DNA from: Nostoc punctiforme PCC 73102
GTDB taxonomy: Bacteria > Cyanobacteriota > Cyanobacteriia > Cyanobacteriales > Nostocaceae
Length of the DNA: 32,000 nucleotides
Assembly: GCF_000020025.1 (NCBI RefSeq)
Contig: NC_010628.1
Coordinates: 4,290,001 to 4,322,000 of the forward strand
Reading direction: 5' to 3'
Part shown: in pieces, positions 30,943 through 32,000 of the stretch
How the letters are laid out: the number at the start of each line of letters is the position of its first letter
How positions within the stretch are numbered: the first letter of the stretch is position 1
Position numbers and translations under genes: made by a program
Notes under the pieces: generated by a model
Seen by the model: the letters and a program-made list of their open reading frames with translations, nothing else
Told to the model about the DNA's origin: nothing
The model's database searches: none

Positions 30943-32000
30943 TTATACTTTGTTTGGCAAATGGCGATGAAAAGCTTCGATCGCTCGAACCACTCCATTT
31001 TCTGCTTGGATCTTTCGCCCCATTGCCTCTGCACGAGCTTGCATTGACTTGTCATTGGTGGCTAGTCGAATCGCATCTGCTAACCTCTTGGTAGATAATT
31101 GGTGTGGCAAAATCGGCTTTGGGCTTAGACCTAACTCTGCTACACGATGCGCCCAAAAAAATCGATCATCTCCACTGGGTATGGTTATAGAAGGGATACC
31201 CGATCGCACGCCATAAGCTAATGTACCAGCACCTCCATGATGCACAAGTGCTGCCATTTGCGGGAATAGCCAATCAAATGGCACCCATTCGGAAAGTTTA
31301 AAGACTTTATCTGATAAATCGAAATCCTCGCTGAGGCTGTTTTCTCCAGTGAGTTCTCCTGGTACTTGTAAGATACACCTTTGACCTGTCTGGGCGATCG
31401 CTGACAAGACCAATTTCAGTTCTTCCTCTGTTAAACCACGACCAGCAACGTACACTGGTGGCGACCCAATTGCAATAAAATCTACTAGGTCTACAGGTGG
31501 CTGCCAATTTTCAGGACAATCCATAAACCAGTAGCCGGTAACGTGCAACCAATCAGGCCATTCAGACGGTTTAGGTAGTAAAGATGGGCTGTAGCCGTAG
31601 AGAAAAGGTAGTTTTTGCTGGTGTAGACGATGAACTGGGCTTAACCACCAAGCGGTAGGAGTTAATTTTAGGACTTCCTGTCGCCACCGGTTTATCGGCT
31701 GTCTAACAGATCGCCATAAGAATCGATCGAATAAGAAGTAGGTTAGCCTGTTGTAGATTCCACCTAAACGCAATTCAATTGGTGCAGCAGGGTTAGGAAA
31801 AGCGCCTGTTGGACTAATAGGTGGGATACAGGCTGCATAACAAGGTACACCCAGCTTTTCGATGATGTCATAACCCAGCAATGAAAATTGACTCAAGATA
31901 ATTGCCTCTGCTCCCTGACAAAGATCGAGGAGTTTAAACAGGTAGCTATCTTCAAGAGGTTGCAGAACACTCCTAATATTATTGAAGATGTAAAAGGGGT
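30943..32000 (-). CDS. GT1-family (GT-B, MGT/UDP-glycosyltransferase-like) glycosyltransferase; partial, N-terminus lies beyond the right edge
   Basis: The ORF track starts at a TTG at 31896. The same frame stays open to nt 32000 (..FNNIRSVLQPLEDSYLFKLLDLCQGAEAIILSQFSLLGYD..), so the true start is outside the window. The C-terminal donor-binding motif is FPQMAALVHHGGAGTLAYGVRSGIPSITIP. Confidence 0.85.
   Translation of the reverse strand, partial: PFYIFNNIRSVLQPLEDSYLFKLLDLCQGAEAIILSQFSLLGYDIIEKLGVPCYAACIPPISPTGAFPNPAAPIELRLGGIYNRLTYFLFDRFLWRSVRQPINRWRQEVLKLTPTAWWLSPVHRLHQQKLPFLYGYSPSLLPKPSEWPDWLHVTGYWFMDCPENWQPPVDLVDFIAIGSPPVYVAGRGLTEEELKLVLSAIAQTGQRCILQVPGELTGENSLSEDFDLSDKVFKLSEWVPFDWLFPQMAALVHHGGAGTLAYGVRSGIPSITIPSGDDRFFWAHRVAELGLSPKPILPHQLSTKRLADAIRLATNDKSMQARAEAMGRKIQAENGVVRAIEAFHRHLPNKV

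Noticed and set aside
5163-31507. Minus-strand nested short ORFs in alternative frames: 5163..5345, 5816..6052, 8797..8988, 10165..10395, 11767..12018, 15282..15506, 16599..16781, 17654..17869, 22973..23161, 26997..27206, 31307..31507.
   Set aside because: They lie completely inside larger, well-supported CDSs in a different frame, and their sequences carry no motifs. They are treated as frame artefacts.
1-32000. A search by eye for CRISPR arrays, tRNA or rRNA genes, transposase or integrase ORFs, a thioesterase domain and an MbtH-like ORF.
   Set aside because: Nothing of the kind was found: no regularly spaced repeats, no cloverleaf-like GC-rich segments in the short intergenic gaps, no GxSxG TE-sized domain, and no unassigned ORF of at least 60 aa outside annotated genes.

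Overview
The window is filled by one fragment of a hybrid cis-AT PKS / NRPS biosynthetic gene cluster. Every gene is on the minus strand and the cluster runs off both edges. In transcription order (right to left) the genes are:
- a GT1-type glycosyltransferase (N-terminus outside the window)
- a small divergent TauD/TfdA-like dioxygenase
- a class I SAM methyltransferase
- a free-standing class III aminotransferase, translationally coupled to a minimal PKS module (KS-AT-T)
- a decayed FkbM-type methyltransferase pseudogene
- a four-gene FkbK/FkbJ/FkbI/FkbH-type cassette (3-hydroxyacyl-CoA dehydrogenase, ACP, acyl-CoA dehydrogenase, FkbH-like loader), which implies glyceryl-/hydroxymalonyl-ACP chemistry
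- a free-standing C domain
- a TauD-type hydroxylase
- an NRPS (His-less C-like domain-A-T-E)
- an NRPS (C-T-C-TauD, no A domain)
- a second methyltransferase paralog
- an NRPS (His-less C-like domain-A-T)
- a second minimal PKS (KS-AT)
- an ACP-aminotransferase protein (C-terminus outside the window)

Both A domains carry Asp/Asn-type specificity codes.

The most interesting signal is a duplicated split module, 'C domain / TauD hydroxylase / non-catalytic C-like (interface-like) domain-A(Asx)-T'. It occurs once with C and TauD as separate proteins and once with both fused to the end of an upstream NRPS. This predicts two beta-hydroxy-Asx residues, so a siderophore-like lipopeptide resembling cyanochelins is a candidate product. 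That assignment is inference, not demonstrated.

Other oddities:
- an A-less C-T module
- a hydroxymalonyl-ACP cassette with no obvious consumer, since both cis-ATs carry the malonyl-type HAFH motif
- two aminotransferases paired with reduction-free PKS modules
- short MITE-like intergenic inserts
- a 33-nt repeat-like in-frame insertion in a KS-AT linker

At least 20 HIP1 octamers (GCGATCGC) point to a cyanobacterial host. A 2-copy STRR-like heptamer weakly suggests Nostocales. No tRNA, rRNA, CRISPR array or transposase gene was seen. Domain borders are approximate (about +/-30 aa) and all identity estimates were made by eye.
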